The position numbers and the translations under genes were made by a program. 64,000 nt of DNA from assembly GCA_034168985.1 (NCBI GenBank), contig JAXFJE010000009.1, forward strand, positions 14,816 to 78,815, written 5' to 3'. The notes beneath the pieces were generated by a model that saw nothing but the letters and a program-made list of their open reading frames with translations, ran no database searches and had not been told where the DNA came from. Position 1 is the stretch's first letter, and each line of letters opens with the position of its first letter. The DNA comes from Erysipelotrichaceae bacterium. GTDB lineage: Bacteria > Bacillota_I > Bacilli_A > Erysipelotrichales > Erysipelotrichaceae. Below are positions 1 through 10,294 of this stretch, piece after piece.

Positions 1-189
1 ATTGAAGACTTAGACCTGTCAGTTCGTTCTTATAACTGTTTGAAACGTGCTGGTATCCAAACAGTTGATGAACTAACCCAAAAAACAGAAGAAGAAATGA
101 TGCGAGTACGTAATCTTGGTAAGAAATCAATGAAAGAAGTAAAAGAAAAGATTACTGAACTTGGATTAAGCTTCAAAGCTTTTGAATAA
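1..189 (+). CDS. rpoA: RNA polymerase alpha subunit, C-terminal domain (5' end cut by window edge)
   Basis: Frame 1 from nt 1 reads [25 protein letters not shown]...[14 protein letters not shown], the alpha-CTD helix-hairpin-helix signature. TAA at 187-189. rplQ follows, as is usual. Confidence 0.9.
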   Translation: MEDLDLSVRSYNCLKRAGIQTVDELTQKTEEEMMRVRNLGKKSMKEVKEKITELGLSFKAFE

Positions 190-210
190 TAGAGAAAGGA
201 ATTAAGTAAG

Positions 211-573
211 ATGTGGAATCGTAAATTTGGTAGAAATGCCGACCATCGTAAAGCAATGCTTAGAAATATGGCTACATCAGTAATTTTATATGGTAAAATT
301 GAAACTACTGAAGCTAAAGCAAAAGATCTTCGTAGCGTTGTAGATAAAATGATCACTTTAGGTAAGAAAGGTGATTTACATTCAAGAAGACTTGCTGCTA
401 GCTATATTCGTAATGTAGTAGCTGATGAAGAAACATGTCAAACAGTTCTTCAAAAACTATTCAATGAAGTAGCTCCTAAGTATCAAGATCGTAATGGTGG
501 ATATACTAGAGTTGTAAAAACTGGTATCCGTCGTGGCGATAATGCTCCAATGGCATATATTGAATTAGTATAG
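211..573 (+). CDS. rplQ: 50S ribosomal protein L17
   Basis: 120 aa. [17 protein letters not shown]...GGYTRV is classic L17. It sits directly after rpoA. Confidence 0.95.
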   Translation: MWNRKFGRNADHRKAMLRNMATSVILYGKIETTEAKAKDLRSVVDKMITLGKKGDLHSRRLAASYIRNVVADEETCQTVLQKLFNEVAPKYQDRNGGYTRVVKTGIRRGDNAPMAYIELV

Positions 574-580
574 TTTAAGG

Positions 581-608
581 ACACAGCATGATATGCTGTG
601 TTTTTTTA
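581..608 (+). terminator. Rho-independent terminator after rplQ
   Basis: ACACAGCAT-gat-ATGCTGTGT hairpin followed by a T7 run. Confidence 0.8.
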
Positions 609-647
609 TTTGGTCATTCATGCTATAATATGGCTGTTATAGGTGAA

Positions 648-1835
648 ATGATGCGTAAATTATTGTTAATACTGATATGTTTATTATATGGTTGTACTGA
701 CCAGCGAATTAATCCGCAGCAGATGGTCATCGATTACCAGCCGCAAGACTCTACCTATGAATATCTTGATCAATATCTAGATAGTTTTCTTCATGACGGA
801 GATCAACTTTTAAATAAGTTTAATGATGAAACGATTACCTGGGAAATAACGGATGGTAATGCAACGATAGAAGATAATATAATTCATAAAACTAGCTTGG
901 CAGATGAATATGAGAAAATAGTTTTACAAGCTAATATAAAAGATAAGAGCTATCGTTTCGATAACCTTTGTTTATTAGATAAGATTCATGGTTATTTGAT
1001 TACTTATTTTTCTGACGATGATGAAAGCTTGAAACTTGCCTATACGTATGATGGCTTATTGTGGTATGAACTTAATCATCAAGAAAGTGTATTAGAGGCA
1101 ACCATTGGGACCAAGTCTTTACGTGATCCAAGTGTAGTTCGCAACAAAAATGGGGGTTTTTATTTATTAGCTACCCAAGGTTATGATACCGATAGCATCT
1201 ATGTTTGGGATACTGATGATTTTGTAACATTTAATAATGAACGGTTATTGAAGGTTAATACATCAACTTCAGATCTTAAACTAAAGGAAGAACAAGCTTG
1301 GGCTCCAGAAGGTTTTTATGATCGCCGGATCGATAAATATGTGATCTATTGGAGCTCGCCGAGCGATCAAGGCATGTATCTTAACTATACTAGTGATTTT
1401 AATGATTTAAGTTATCCACAATTATTACTGGATCCTGGTTTTCCTGTAATTGATGGAACAATCTATAAAGATGGTTATGAATATAATATCGTATTGAAGG
1501 ATGAAAGACAGCCAATGGAGCAATATAGTCAACTGTTTGTAGGCTATAGTGATAGTGATTATTTAGGCTTCGATGAATATAATATGGATTATATAACAGG
1601 TCATCAAAGTGAAGGACCATTCATTATTGATCGTGGGTATAGCTGCATCTTATATTATGATGATTATACTCGTATGCAGTTTAAGGCTATTTGGTTTCAA
1701 AATTTTAGAGACCATGACTTTGCGGATATTTCGCATGAAATGGTTACTTCGGTTACCAATGTAAAACATGGCAATGCGATTGCTTTGACATATAAAGAGT
1801 TTGAAAGGTTTAGTGATATATATGAAATTAGTTAA
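648..1835 (+). CDS. Lipoprotein with GH43-like beta-propeller glycoside hydrolase motifs
   Basis: Start moved to M21/M22 (RBS AGGTGA at 641-646) because nt 588 lies inside the rplQ terminator. MRKLLLILICLLYGC is a lipobox. RDPSVVRNKNGGFYLLAT, AWAPEGFY and SEGPFII resemble GH43 blades. Confidence 0.55.
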   Translation: MMRKLLLILICLLYGCTDQRINPQQMVIDYQPQDSTYEYLDQYLDSFLHDGDQLLNKFNDETITWEITDGNATIEDNIIHKTSLADEYEKIVLQANIKDKSYRFDNLCLLDKIHGYLITYFSDDDESLKLAYTYDGLLWYELNHQESVLEATIGTKSLRDPSVVRNKNGGFYLLATQGYDTDSIYVWDTDDFVTFNNERLLKVNTSTSDLKLKEEQAWAPEGFYDRRIDKYVIYWSSPSDQGMYLNYTSDFNDLSYPQLLLDPGFPVIDGTIYKDGYEYNIVLKDERQPMEQYSQLFVGYSDSDYLGFDEYNMDYITGHQSEGPFIIDRGYSCILYYDDYTRMQFKAIWFQNFRDHDFADISHEMVTSVTNVKHGNAIALTYKEFERFSDIYEIS

Positions 1836-2850
1836 AATTGTCTTGAGCTTGGGCTTACTTTTATTAGGAGGTTGTAGCATGGTCGATAAAACGCTTGCTG
1901 AAGACTATGCAACCTTTGTTGCATTATATGAAAAAACAGGACAATTAGAAAACTATCATAATGATGCTTCATCATCATTATCAATTACCAATAAGCTATC
2001 ATATAAGGTAGAAACTCACAGTGATTATGACCATGGTAAGTCGCGTATCGAAAGTACCACATATATCGATGAGCAAAACATGGGAACTTCAACGATCTAT
2101 ATTGATGATGGTAAAATATACTATGATAATCTAGATGGCAGCAAAACGTCCGATGAGTTTACAGATAGCTTAAGTAATATGAATGATCTATTTATAAATG
2201 AAAATGATATTGCAACATTGGAAGTTCAACCAGAACAATTGGTAATGACCTTAAATGATGAAGCATGCGTAGCAATGCTTAAGAAAAATGGTTTAGCAAT
2301 CGATGAAAGTCGTAAATGTGAAAATAAATTGATCGTTGAACACGATGAAGAACATATCCTGTCGCAAACATTAGATATAACCTTTACGGTGGTCAGTGCA
2401 GGCGTGAGTTACGATGGTACATATAACTATATGACAAGCTATCAAGATATTGACAAGGCTACAGTGACTTTACCTAGTGATTACAGCTTATACATCGATA
2501 TTGATGATCTAAAGCCAGATATGACCTTGGAAGAGTTTAAATATGCTTTGATCAATACCCTAGGTTATAGCATTGATGATTATGGGCAATATGTATTGGA
2601 TTTTAATGGTAATGAAAGTTATATCTTTGATTTTAGTAATGATCTATTTACCTATATCAAAGGGCAAAGCGCTTATACTTACAATTGGCAAAGCAATATC
2701 GGAGCATATAATGCATGTACCTATGATTTTGGCAATGCCAAGGCAATAGGTAATTGTAGTGATGTTGAATTAGATAAAATTGAAGAAGCAAAAGTTAGTT
2801 ATTTAACGGAACTATCTTTTATTGGAATATATGAAATGCCAAAAGGCTAA
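1822..2850 (+). CDS. Putative lipoprotein, unknown function
   Basis: MKLVKIVLSLGLLLLGGCS is a signal peptide with lipobox. Overlaps the previous stop by 14 nt. Confidence 0.5.
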   Translation: MKLVKIVLSLGLLLLGGCSMVDKTLAEDYATFVALYEKTGQLENYHNDASSSLSITNKLSYKVETHSDYDHGKSRIESTTYIDEQNMGTSTIYIDDGKIYYDNLDGSKTSDEFTDSLSNMNDLFINENDIATLEVQPEQLVMTLNDEACVAMLKKNGLAIDESRKCENKLIVEHDEEHILSQTLDITFTVVSAGVSYDGTYNYMTSYQDIDKATVTLPSDYSLYIDIDDLKPDMTLEEFKYALINTLGYSIDDYGQYVLDFNGNESYIFDFSNDLFTYIKGQSAYTYNWQSNIGAYNACTYDFGNAKAIGNCSDVELDKIEEAKVSYLTELSFIGIYEMPKG

Positions 2851-2862
2851 GGAGGAAAACAT

Positions 2863-3126
2863 ATGCGAGCAATAATTTCAGTAGTCGGAAAGGATCGACC
2901 AGGTATCTTGGCCTTTGTGGCTCAAGAATGTGCTAATCATGAAGCTAACATCGTGGAAGTTTCACAAACCGTATTAAAAGAAATGTTTACGATGATCATG
3001 GTATGCGAAGTGAAAAATGAGGGCTTTTCTTCATTTATTGACTACATGGAAAGCAAAGGTAAAGAACAAGGTTTGATCATCCATGTCATGCATGAAGATA
3101 TTTTTAATGCCATGCATAAGATATAA
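2863..3126 (+). CDS. ACT-domain protein (UPF0237 type)
   Basis: 87 aa. MRAIISVVGKDRPGILAFV is an ACT N-terminus. RBS GGAGG upstream. Paired with a UPF0210 gene, as is typical. Confidence 0.7.
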   Translation: MRAIISVVGKDRPGILAFVAQECANHEANIVEVSQTVLKEMFTMIMVCEVKNEGFSSFIDYMESKGKEQGLIIHVMHEDIFNAMHKI

Positions 3127-3138
3127 GAGGTAAAGATA

Positions 3139-4497
3139 ATGATCAATACTAATAACATTTTAGAAACGATCCATATGATCGATGAAGAAGATCTAGATAT
3201 TAGAACGATTACAATGGGTATTTCTTTGTTGGATTGTGCGGATAAAGATATCGATGTGGCTTGTGCTAAGATCAAAAATAAGATCATGACATATGCGAAA
3301 GATCTTGTAAAAGTCGGGGATGATATCAGTAAAGAATATGGCATCCCTATCATCAATAAAAGAATAAGCGTAACCCCAATTAGCTTATTACAAAGCGTTA
3401 GCGGTGGTGATTGTGTTAAATACGCTATTACCTTAGATGAGTGTGCAAAAGCTTTAAACGTTAATTTTATTGGTGGCTATAGCGCTTTGGTTCAAAAGGG
3501 AATGACCCAAGGAGAAAAAGAACTGATCGAAAGCATTCCTGAAGCTTTAAAAGTTACAGAACATGTTTGTGCAAGTGTTAATGTTGGATCAACGCGAGCA
3601 GGTATCAATATGGACGCTGTTGAACTTATGGGAAGAATCGTCCATAAGGCAGCTGATATCACCAAAGATCAAAATTGCATGGGAGCGTGTAAATTAGTAG
3701 TTTTCTGCAACGCTGTTGAAGATAATCCGTTCATGGCGGGAGCTTTCCATGGTATTAGTGAACCAGAAGTGGTTATCAATGTTGGCGTTAGCGGACCAGG
3801 TGTTGTCAGAAGCGCTCTAGCTAAAGCTGGTAAAGATAAAACAATGGATGAACTAGCTGAAATCATCAAGAAAACAGCATTTAAGATCACGCGAATGGGA
3901 CAATTAGTAGGTAATTTAGCTAGTGAAAGATTAAATGTACCATTTGGGATCGTTGACCTATCATTAGCGCCAACTCCTGCTATTGGCGATTCGGTTGCAT
4001 ATATCTTAGAAGAAATGGGCCTAGAACAATGTGGTGGTCCTGGGACAACAGCTTGCTTAGCAATGCTAAATGATGCAGTTAAAAAAGGTGGCGTAATGGC
4101 AAGTAGTTCGATCGGTGGCTTAAGTGGCGCCTTTATTCCGGTTAGTGAAGATGCGGGCATGATTGCCGCGTGCAAATCGAAGGCCTTAAAGCTAGAAAAA
4201 TTAGAAGCGATGACGGCAGTTTGTTCCGTAGGATTAGATATGATCGTTGTACCAGGAGATACGACACCAGCTACTATTTCTGGGATTATTGCAGATGAAG
4301 CCGCAATTGGTATGGTCAATAGCAAAACTACTGCGGTGAGGATCATCCCAGCAATAGGTCATGATAATAGCGAAGAACTAGAATTTGGTGGTTTGCTTGG
4401 CAGCGGCCCAATCATGGAAATCAGTAAAGTAAAATGTGATGTCATGATCCAAAGAAAAGGAAGGATACCTGCACCTTTGCAGAGCTTGAAAAACTAA
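3139..4497 (+). CDS. UPF0210 / DUF711 family protein
   Basis: 452 aa. The size and the conserved ACT-UPF0210 gene pair fit. [13 protein letters not shown] and [12 protein letters not shown] motifs are present. Confidence 0.7.
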   Translation: MINTNNILETIHMIDEEDLDIRTITMGISLLDCADKDIDVACAKIKNKIMTYAKDLVKVGDDISKEYGIPIINKRISVTPISLLQSVSGGDCVKYAITLDECAKALNVNFIGGYSALVQKGMTQGEKELIESIPEALKVTEHVCASVNVGSTRAGINMDAVELMGRIVHKAADITKDQNCMGACKLVVFCNAVEDNPFMAGAFHGISEPEVVINVGVSGPGVVRSALAKAGKDKTMDELAEIIKKTAFKITRMGQLVGNLASERLNVPFGIVDLSLAPTPAIGDSVAYILEEMGLEQCGGPGTTACLAMLNDAVKKGGVMASSSIGGLSGAFIPVSEDAGMIAACKSKALKLEKLEAMTAVCSVGLDMIVVPGDTTPATISGIIADEAAIGMVNSKTTAVRIIPAIGHDNSEELEFGGLLGSGPIMEISKVKCDVMIQRKGRIPAPLQSLKN

Positions 4498-5063
4498 TGG
4501 ATATCAAAAGTTATGCAAAAGAACATCATGTTCCGATCATGTTGGATGATGGCTTAGCTTTTTTGTTAACGTATATCAAACAACATGAAATCAAAACGAT
4601 CTTAGAAATTGGCACGGCTATTGGCTATAGCAGCATTCAAATGGCACAGCTGGCAGATGATATCCAAATCGATACGTTAGAGATCAATCCGGAAATGTAT
4701 GAGCTGGCAGTGGGGAATATTCGTGACCATAATTTAGAAAATAGGATCACTTGTCATTTATTAGATGCTCTAGATTTTACAACCGATAAACATTATGATC
4801 TTGTTTTCGTTGATGGGGCAAAAGGTAAATATCAGCGTTATCTAGAACACTTTCTAAATAATAGCGAGTTATTTATCTTTGATAACTTAGAATTTCATGG
4901 GATCGTTGATCACCCGGAGATGACCCAAAATCGCAATACGCGAAGCTTGGTAAAAAAAATTAGGACCTTTAGGGATGATATCCTTAAAGATCCTAATTAT
5001 CATTGTGAGTATCACAAAGAAATTGGTGATGGTGTCTTAGTTTTAAGACCTATTCGATATTAA
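4497..5063 (+). CDS. Class I SAM-dependent O-methyltransferase (family 3, YrrM/TrmR-like)
   Basis: ILEIGTAIGYSS is a SAM motif I, and DLVFVDGAKGKY is present. ATG overlaps the previous stop. Confidence 0.7.
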   Translation: MDIKSYAKEHHVPIMLDDGLAFLLTYIKQHEIKTILEIGTAIGYSSIQMAQLADDIQIDTLEINPEMYELAVGNIRDHNLENRITCHLLDALDFTTDKHYDLVFVDGAKGKYQRYLEHFLNNSELFIFDNLEFHGIVDHPEMTQNRNTRSLVKKIRTFRDDILKDPNYHCEYHKEIGDGVLVLRPIRY

Positions 5064-5481
5064 TTAAATTGGCGTTTATAACGCCTTTTATTTTGGTTAA
5101 ATTGTGAATGATAGAACTTAGGTCATAAGACATGGTGCTAATATCTAAGGTTACATTTACATTCGCGATATTATTGATCGGCAAGGCTTGAGAGATGGTT
5201 AAGATATTTGCGTGGGCATCACTTAACGCATTTAAAACATTTGAGAGATTTCCTTGCTCATGCTCTAGCGCTAAAGAAATGACGGCTTTTTGATTATTGG
5301 TATTATTTGGTAAAAATACTAGATCTTTATATTTATAATATGTTGAGCGAGAAATGGCAAATTTTTGACAGGCTTCTTTGACATTTTCATTGGGATTTTG
5401 CTGAAGATATTCACGAACCTTGATCACGGTATAAAAACAAGAAGGTAAGATCGAGCTATGTACTATTAAATAACCGCTCAT
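5050..5481 (-). CDS. pheB: UPF0735 ACT-domain protein (PheB-like)
   Basis: 143 aa. ISRSTYYKYKDLVF plus a C-terminal ACT domain (NVTLDIST) closely parallel B. subtilis PheB. It is the last gene of the thrC-thrB transcript. Confidence 0.65.
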   Translation of the reverse strand: MSGYLIVHSSILPSCFYTVIKVREYLQQNPNENVKEACQKFAISRSTYYKYKDLVFLPNNTNNQKAVISLALEHEQGNLSNVLNALSDAHANILTISQALPINNIANVNVTLDISTMSYDLSSIIHNLTKIKGVINANLINIE

Positions 5482-6344
5482 TATAGCTCCTTAATGGTAA
5501 AGCCTTCTTGGGCAATCGATAAATCTAATATGCGATAGGTTGAACTGATTTCGTCTTGAATAGCTTCGGAAAAATTTGAGAAATGTGATATGACCAAACA
5601 AGTTGGGCCAGAACCACTGATCATGAATGCACATGCTTGATTTTCGAAACAAACATCTTGTAAAAATTCATAGTCCTTGATCAACTTTTTACGATAAGGT
5701 TGATGAAGGCTATCATGACAAGCACTTCGTAACAATTCACGATCACCATTTTTTAAAGCATGGCAAAGAGCGATGACATGAGAAATATTATATACGGCAT
5801 CAGTCAATGAAACCGTCTTAGGCAAGGCTTTACGACATTGTTTGGTAGATATCGTATAGTCAGGGATGATAGCTGTAAAATGTAAATCGGGGGAAATCTC
5901 TAACGAAAGAGCTCGGGGATGATTTTCAACAAAGGAAGAAGTAAGCCCGCCATAAATGCATGGTGCCACATTATCAGGATGGCCTTCAATTTCAACGCAG
6001 ATCCTAAAAATCTCATCACGAGATAGAATATTGCCATGCAGATAATTAGCGGCAATGGCACCCGCACTGATCAAATTAGCACTACTACCTAATCCACGAG
6101 AAATAGGAATATTACAATCAAAGATCACATGACATTTATCCTGGACATTTAATGCTTTACATACGGTTTGATAACCGATATAAAATAAGTTGTTTTCATT
6201 TTTAAATTCATCAGGGCAACCTTCAATGATCAATTCATCACTTGCTTCGACCTTGTATATATTATATAAGCTTAAACCTAGACCTAGGGTATCAAAACCA
6301 GGGCCTAAGTTTGCACTACTTGCACATACTTTTATTTCAATCAT
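5481..6344 (-). CDS. thrB: Homoserine kinase
   Basis: 287 aa. SSANLGPGFDTLG and the GHMP motif PISRGLGSSA. Confidence 0.9.
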   Translation of the reverse strand: MIEIKVCASSANLGPGFDTLGLGLSLYNIYKVEASDELIIEGCPDEFKNENNLFYIGYQTVCKALNVQDKCHVIFDCNIPISRGLGSSANLISAGAIAANYLHGNILSRDEIFRICVEIEGHPDNVAPCIYGGLTSSFVENHPRALSLEISPDLHFTAIIPDYTISTKQCRKALPKTVSLTDAVYNISHVIALCHALKNGDRELLRSACHDSLHQPYRKKLIKDYEFLQDVCFENQACAFMISGSGPTCLVISHFSNFSEAIQDEISSTYRILDLSIAQEGFTIKEL

Positions 6345-7813
6345 TTTTTCAACTCCTTAAAATTTTTGATGATCATAGATATACCATCTTCTTTTGCAAT
6401 GATTTGATCATGGCGAAGCGGTAGCTCCATGATATTAACTAACGATGAAGGTATTTTTTCATCAGTTAAAGTAGCTAATTTGGTGATGTAGGTAAATTCA
6501 TCTAACGTTGATGGTAAGTCTAAGATGGCAGTACATACATCTTTAGCAAATTTATATGGACTAGCAGTTGCCACGGCAACAGTTTTATTTTTATCATACT
6601 TTTGCGCTGCCCCATAAGCAATGGCTGAATGGGGATCCAGACAGTGCTTGGTCTTTTGGTATAGATCTTTGATGATGGTTTGGGTTTGGTCATCATCAAA
6701 GCTATAAGCTACAAAATGTTCTTGCAGTTGTTTGAAGATCATCTCATTAACTTCATAGTATCCTTTTTCTTTAAGTTGTAACATGTATTCTTTTACTACA
6801 TGGTCATCATAGCCGCTTAAGATAAATAGTAAGCGTTCGATATTAGAAGAAACTAAGATATCCATAGAGGGAGAGATCGTTTTATAAAAATGACGTTGCC
6901 GATCATAACGCCCTGTTTTGATGAAATCCGCTAAGACATCGTTGGCATTGGTCGCTACGATCAATTTGTCAACAGGAAGACCGCATTTTTTAGCAATGAA
7001 AGCCGCTAAGATATTACCAAAGTTGCCACAAGGAACGCTAAAATTGATCTGCTCATTCATTTTGATCTGATTTTGTTTAACTAGCTGTAGATAAGCCCAT
7101 ACATAATATATTATTTGAGGGACTAGACGGCCGATGTTAATGCTGTTGGCACTGCTTAATTGGAAATAAGGATCATTTGCTAAAGTGGTATTAGCAAAGC
7201 AGTTTTTGACGATCTGCTGACAATCATCAAAATTACCTTTAACTTGGATGACCTTAGTGTTTTGACCAGTGGTTGTTAACATTTGTAAAGCTTGGATCTT
7301 AGAAACACTTTCATAAGGGAAGAAAACCGTTATATGGGTATCTTTGACATTTTTAAAGCCTTCTAAGGCTGCTTTTCCAGTATCCCCACTTGTGGCACAT
7401 AAAATATATATTTGTTTGCTTATTGCATGCTTTTGATAGGCACAGGTCATTAAATAAGGAAGGATCGTTAAAGCCATATCTTTAAAAGCACAAGTTGGTC
7501 CATGATAGGTTTCAAGCACCGGGATTCCATCGAAGGATTTTAGATCGACGATGGATTGAACATCAAATTTTTGATCATATGCTTGATTGACACAGTCTTT
7601 AATCTCATCTTCAGCTAGATCATCAAAAAAATGATGGATGATCTTAACTGCCAATTGTTGATAGTTTAGATCATACCAACTACTTAGATCAAAAGCACAG
7701 CTTTCATCTAGTTTAAAACAATATAGCCCTTGATCATCTGCTAGACCTTTGATGATTGCCAGGGATGGACTGATGCTTTCTTGGATATTACGAGTGTTAT
7801 ATAGATTCGGCAT
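6341..7813 (-). CDS. thrC: Threonine synthase (long form)
   Basis: 490 aa. HGPTCAFKDMAL is the PLP-lysine motif. Overlaps the thrB start (ATGA). Confidence 0.9.
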   Translation of the reverse strand: MPNLYNTRNIQESISPSLAIIKGLADDQGLYCFKLDESCAFDLSSWYDLNYQQLAVKIIHHFFDDLAEDEIKDCVNQAYDQKFDVQSIVDLKSFDGIPVLETYHGPTCAFKDMALTILPYLMTCAYQKHAISKQIYILCATSGDTGKAALEGFKNVKDTHITVFFPYESVSKIQALQMLTTTGQNTKVIQVKGNFDDCQQIVKNCFANTTLANDPYFQLSSANSINIGRLVPQIIYYVWAYLQLVKQNQIKMNEQINFSVPCGNFGNILAAFIAKKCGLPVDKLIVATNANDVLADFIKTGRYDRQRHFYKTISPSMDILVSSNIERLLFILSGYDDHVVKEYMLQLKEKGYYEVNEMIFKQLQEHFVAYSFDDDQTQTIIKDLYQKTKHCLDPHSAIAYGAAQKYDKNKTVAVATASPYKFAKDVCTAILDLPSTLDEFTYITKLATLTDEKIPSSLVNIMELPLRHDQIIAKEDGISMIIKNFKELKK

Positions 7814-7896
7814 AATAAACTCCTTGTTTTATGTGCATAATAATGATACTATGTTTGCAATAAGAATACAAGTGTATTCCAAAAGAGGACATTTTT

Positions 7897-8976
7897 ATGA
7901 GGATAGGTATCATTGGATTTGGCGTCGTAGGAAAAGGCGTATATGAATTATTAAAAGATCAGCATGAAATAGTTAAAGTTTTCGCACGTAGCGCAAAAGC
8001 AGAAGGCATCTTTTGCCAAGATATTAAAGCAGTATTAAAGGCGAAACCGGAGGTTTTGATCGAATGTTTGCCAGCTTGTGAAGAGGCATACCATTATATC
8101 AAGCTAGCTTTGAATCAACAGATTAATGTCATCAGCAGCAATAAAGCTATCTTAGCGAAGCATTATCATGATTTGCTTGCTTTGGCGAAAGAAAAAGGGG
8201 TTAGCTTATCTTTTGAAGCGAGTGTAGGTGGTGGTATTCCGATCTTGCATCGCTTGCAAGATATGAAGACTTATGATCATATCCACTATATCCAAGGAAT
8301 CTTGAATGGCACGACCAATTATATCCTTGATAAGATCTTTGATGAAAAGTTAGCTTTTATGAGCGCTTTGAAAATGGCGCAAGCATTAGGCTATGCGGAA
8401 CAAGATTATAGCAGTGATCTAACAGGCCTAGATGTGAAGTATAAATTAGCGTTGATTTATAATACAGCTTATGACAGTGATATCAATCTAGCGGATATTT
8501 ATTGTCGAGGAATCGAGAACTTGGATGATAGGGCTATTGGGTATGCTAATGATAATAAGATGGTCATTCGCTTGTTAGGTTATGTAGATCGAGAAAATGC
8601 TTTTGTTTTACCATTTTTTATTACCCATGATGCCATTTGGGCCAAGATTCATCTTAATAATAATGCGATAAATATCCATTCGCAAAATATGCAAGATGTT
8701 TATGATATAGGACAAGGAGCAGGCCGTTATCCTACTGCTAGTGCAATATGTTTAGATGTTGAAAGATGTATGCATAACCAAATCAGCTATCAAGCAAATA
8801 TCAAAAATGATAAAAGCTATCGTTTTTATATTCAAAGCAATAACATTGAAGATAAATATATCGAAAAACGTTTGCAAGATGGTTGTATTACCAAGCAAAT
8901 AACCGTAAAAACATTAAAAAATATCATTAAGGACCTAAAGGTCTTTGTTGGAGGTATCTATGATCAAGGTAGCTAA
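7897..8976 (+). CDS. hom: Homoserine dehydrogenase
   Basis: MRIGIIGFGVVGKGV is a Rossmann motif. EASVGGGIPI and ILNGTTNYIL are catalytic-domain motifs. Confidence 0.85.
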   Translation: MRIGIIGFGVVGKGVYELLKDQHEIVKVFARSAKAEGIFCQDIKAVLKAKPEVLIECLPACEEAYHYIKLALNQQINVISSNKAILAKHYHDLLALAKEKGVSLSFEASVGGGIPILHRLQDMKTYDHIHYIQGILNGTTNYILDKIFDEKLAFMSALKMAQALGYAEQDYSSDLTGLDVKYKLALIYNTAYDSDINLADIYCRGIENLDDRAIGYANDNKMVIRLLGYVDRENAFVLPFFITHDAIWAKIHLNNNAINIHSQNMQDVYDIGQGAGRYPTASAICLDVERCMHNQISYQANIKNDKSYRFYIQSNNIEDKYIEKRLQDGCITKQITVKTLKNIIKDLKVFVGGIYDQGS

Positions 8977-10294
8977 ATTTGGAGGTTCAAGCGTAGCAGA
9001 TGCCAAGCAGTTTGCGAAGGTCAAAGCCATCGTCAATAGCGATCAAGATCGTAAGTTCATCGTGGTCAGTGCCTGCGGTAAAAGTCATGATGAAGATCAC
9101 AAAGTTACTGATTTATTGTATCTATGTCATGCGCATCTTAAATATGGTGTATCATTTGAGCCCATCATGCAAATGATCGAAGCCAAATATCAGCAGATTC
9201 ATCAAGAACTTAAATTAAGGGTGGATCTTAAGCAAGAATTTAGTGATATTCGTAAATTGATGGATAAAAATATAGATTTAGATTATTTGGTATCCCGTGG
9301 GGAATATCTATGCGCGAAAATGATGGCAGATTATCTTGATGCCCAATTTATCGATGCGAAAGATCTGTTAGCGTTTGATTATGATGGTAGTTTAAACTAT
9401 GAAAAAGTCAAAGCTAAGCTACAAACATATTTGTATAGTGATAAAAAACTAGTTATTCCAGGCTTTTATGGTAGTTTTCCAAATGGAAAGATTCATTTAT
9501 TATCCAGAGGTGGAAGCGATGTGACAGGAGCGATGATCGCTAATGTCATCGATGCCGATATATATGAAAACTTTACCGATGTTCCAGGTATCATGATTGC
9601 TGATCCGCGGATCGTCAAAGATCCTAAAGTGATCAAACGTATCACCTATAACGAATTAAGAGAAATGAGCTATATGGGAGCCAATGTCTTGCATGAAGAA
9701 GCTATCTTTCCTGCTCGAAGCAAGCATATTCCCATCCATATCTTAAATACCAACGATCCTAATAATGGTGGAACCTTGATCGTGGAAAACTGTGATGAGC
9801 TAGATGAAAAAGATGATCCGTATCCAATCACGGGAATCACAGGTCGCACCAATTTTAGTGTTTTAAATATCGTAAAAAGTCATAGTTCTAATGAAGTAGG
9901 GGTATTAGCTAAAGCTTTAAATATCGTCAGCAAATATCAGGTTAGCGTAGAATCCGTACCTAGTGGCATCGATTCATTTTCCATCGTCATGGATACGCGA
10001 AAAGTCGAACATTGTATATATGAGATGATGGTTGAACTTAAGAAAGAACTTAATTTAGATAGTATCACTCTATCTGAAAATATTGCAATGGTGGCAGTAG
10101 TTGGTAGAAAGATGAAAGATGCGAAGGGCTTTTCTGGTAAGTTGTTTGCGCAGTTAGGGATGCATGATATTAATATTCGCTTGATCAGTCAAACTGCCGA
10201 TGAGATCAATATCATCGTAGGCGTCATGAATAAAGATTTTGCGAAAACGATCAATTGTATTTATGATAAATTTATAGGAGCGAAAGTCAAATGA
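8960..10294 (+). CDS. Aspartate kinase
   Basis: Start chosen at MIKVAKFGGSSV with RBS GGAGGT at 8950-8955. C-terminal ACT repeats are present. Confidence 0.9.
   Translation: MIKVAKFGGSSVADAKQFAKVKAIVNSDQDRKFIVVSACGKSHDEDHKVTDLLYLCHAHLKYGVSFEPIMQMIEAKYQQIHQELKLRVDLKQEFSDIRKLMDKNIDLDYLVSRGEYLCAKMMADYLDAQFIDAKDLLAFDYDGSLNYEKVKAKLQTYLYSDKKLVIPGFYGSFPNGKIHLLSRGGSDVTGAMIANVIDADIYENFTDVPGIMIADPRIVKDPKVIKRITYNELREMSYMGANVLHEEAIFPARSKHIPIHILNTNDPNNGGTLIVENCDELDEKDDPYPITGITGRTNFSVLNIVKSHSSNEVGVLAKALNIVSKYQVSVESVPSGIDSFSIVMDTRKVEHCIYEMMVELKKELNLDSITLSENIAMVAVVGRKMKDAKGFSGKLFAQLGMHDINIRLISQTADEINIIVGVMNKDFAKTINCIYDKFIGAKVK

Noticed and set aside
30-356. 108-aa minus-strand ORF across the rpoA/rplQ junction
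   Set aside because: It is antisense to two highly conserved genes, has no RBS and shows low-complexity composition. It is a typical shadow ORF. The same reasoning applies to other antisense ORFs in the track (for example 3669-4346, 13557-14042, 32433-33374, 42641-43189, 58286-58678 and 59112-59414).
588-647. Upstream ATG (588) offered as the start of the GH43-like lipoprotein
   Set aside because: nt 581-608 form the rplQ terminator hairpin. The lipoprotein signal peptide and an AGGTGA RBS begin at 641-651.
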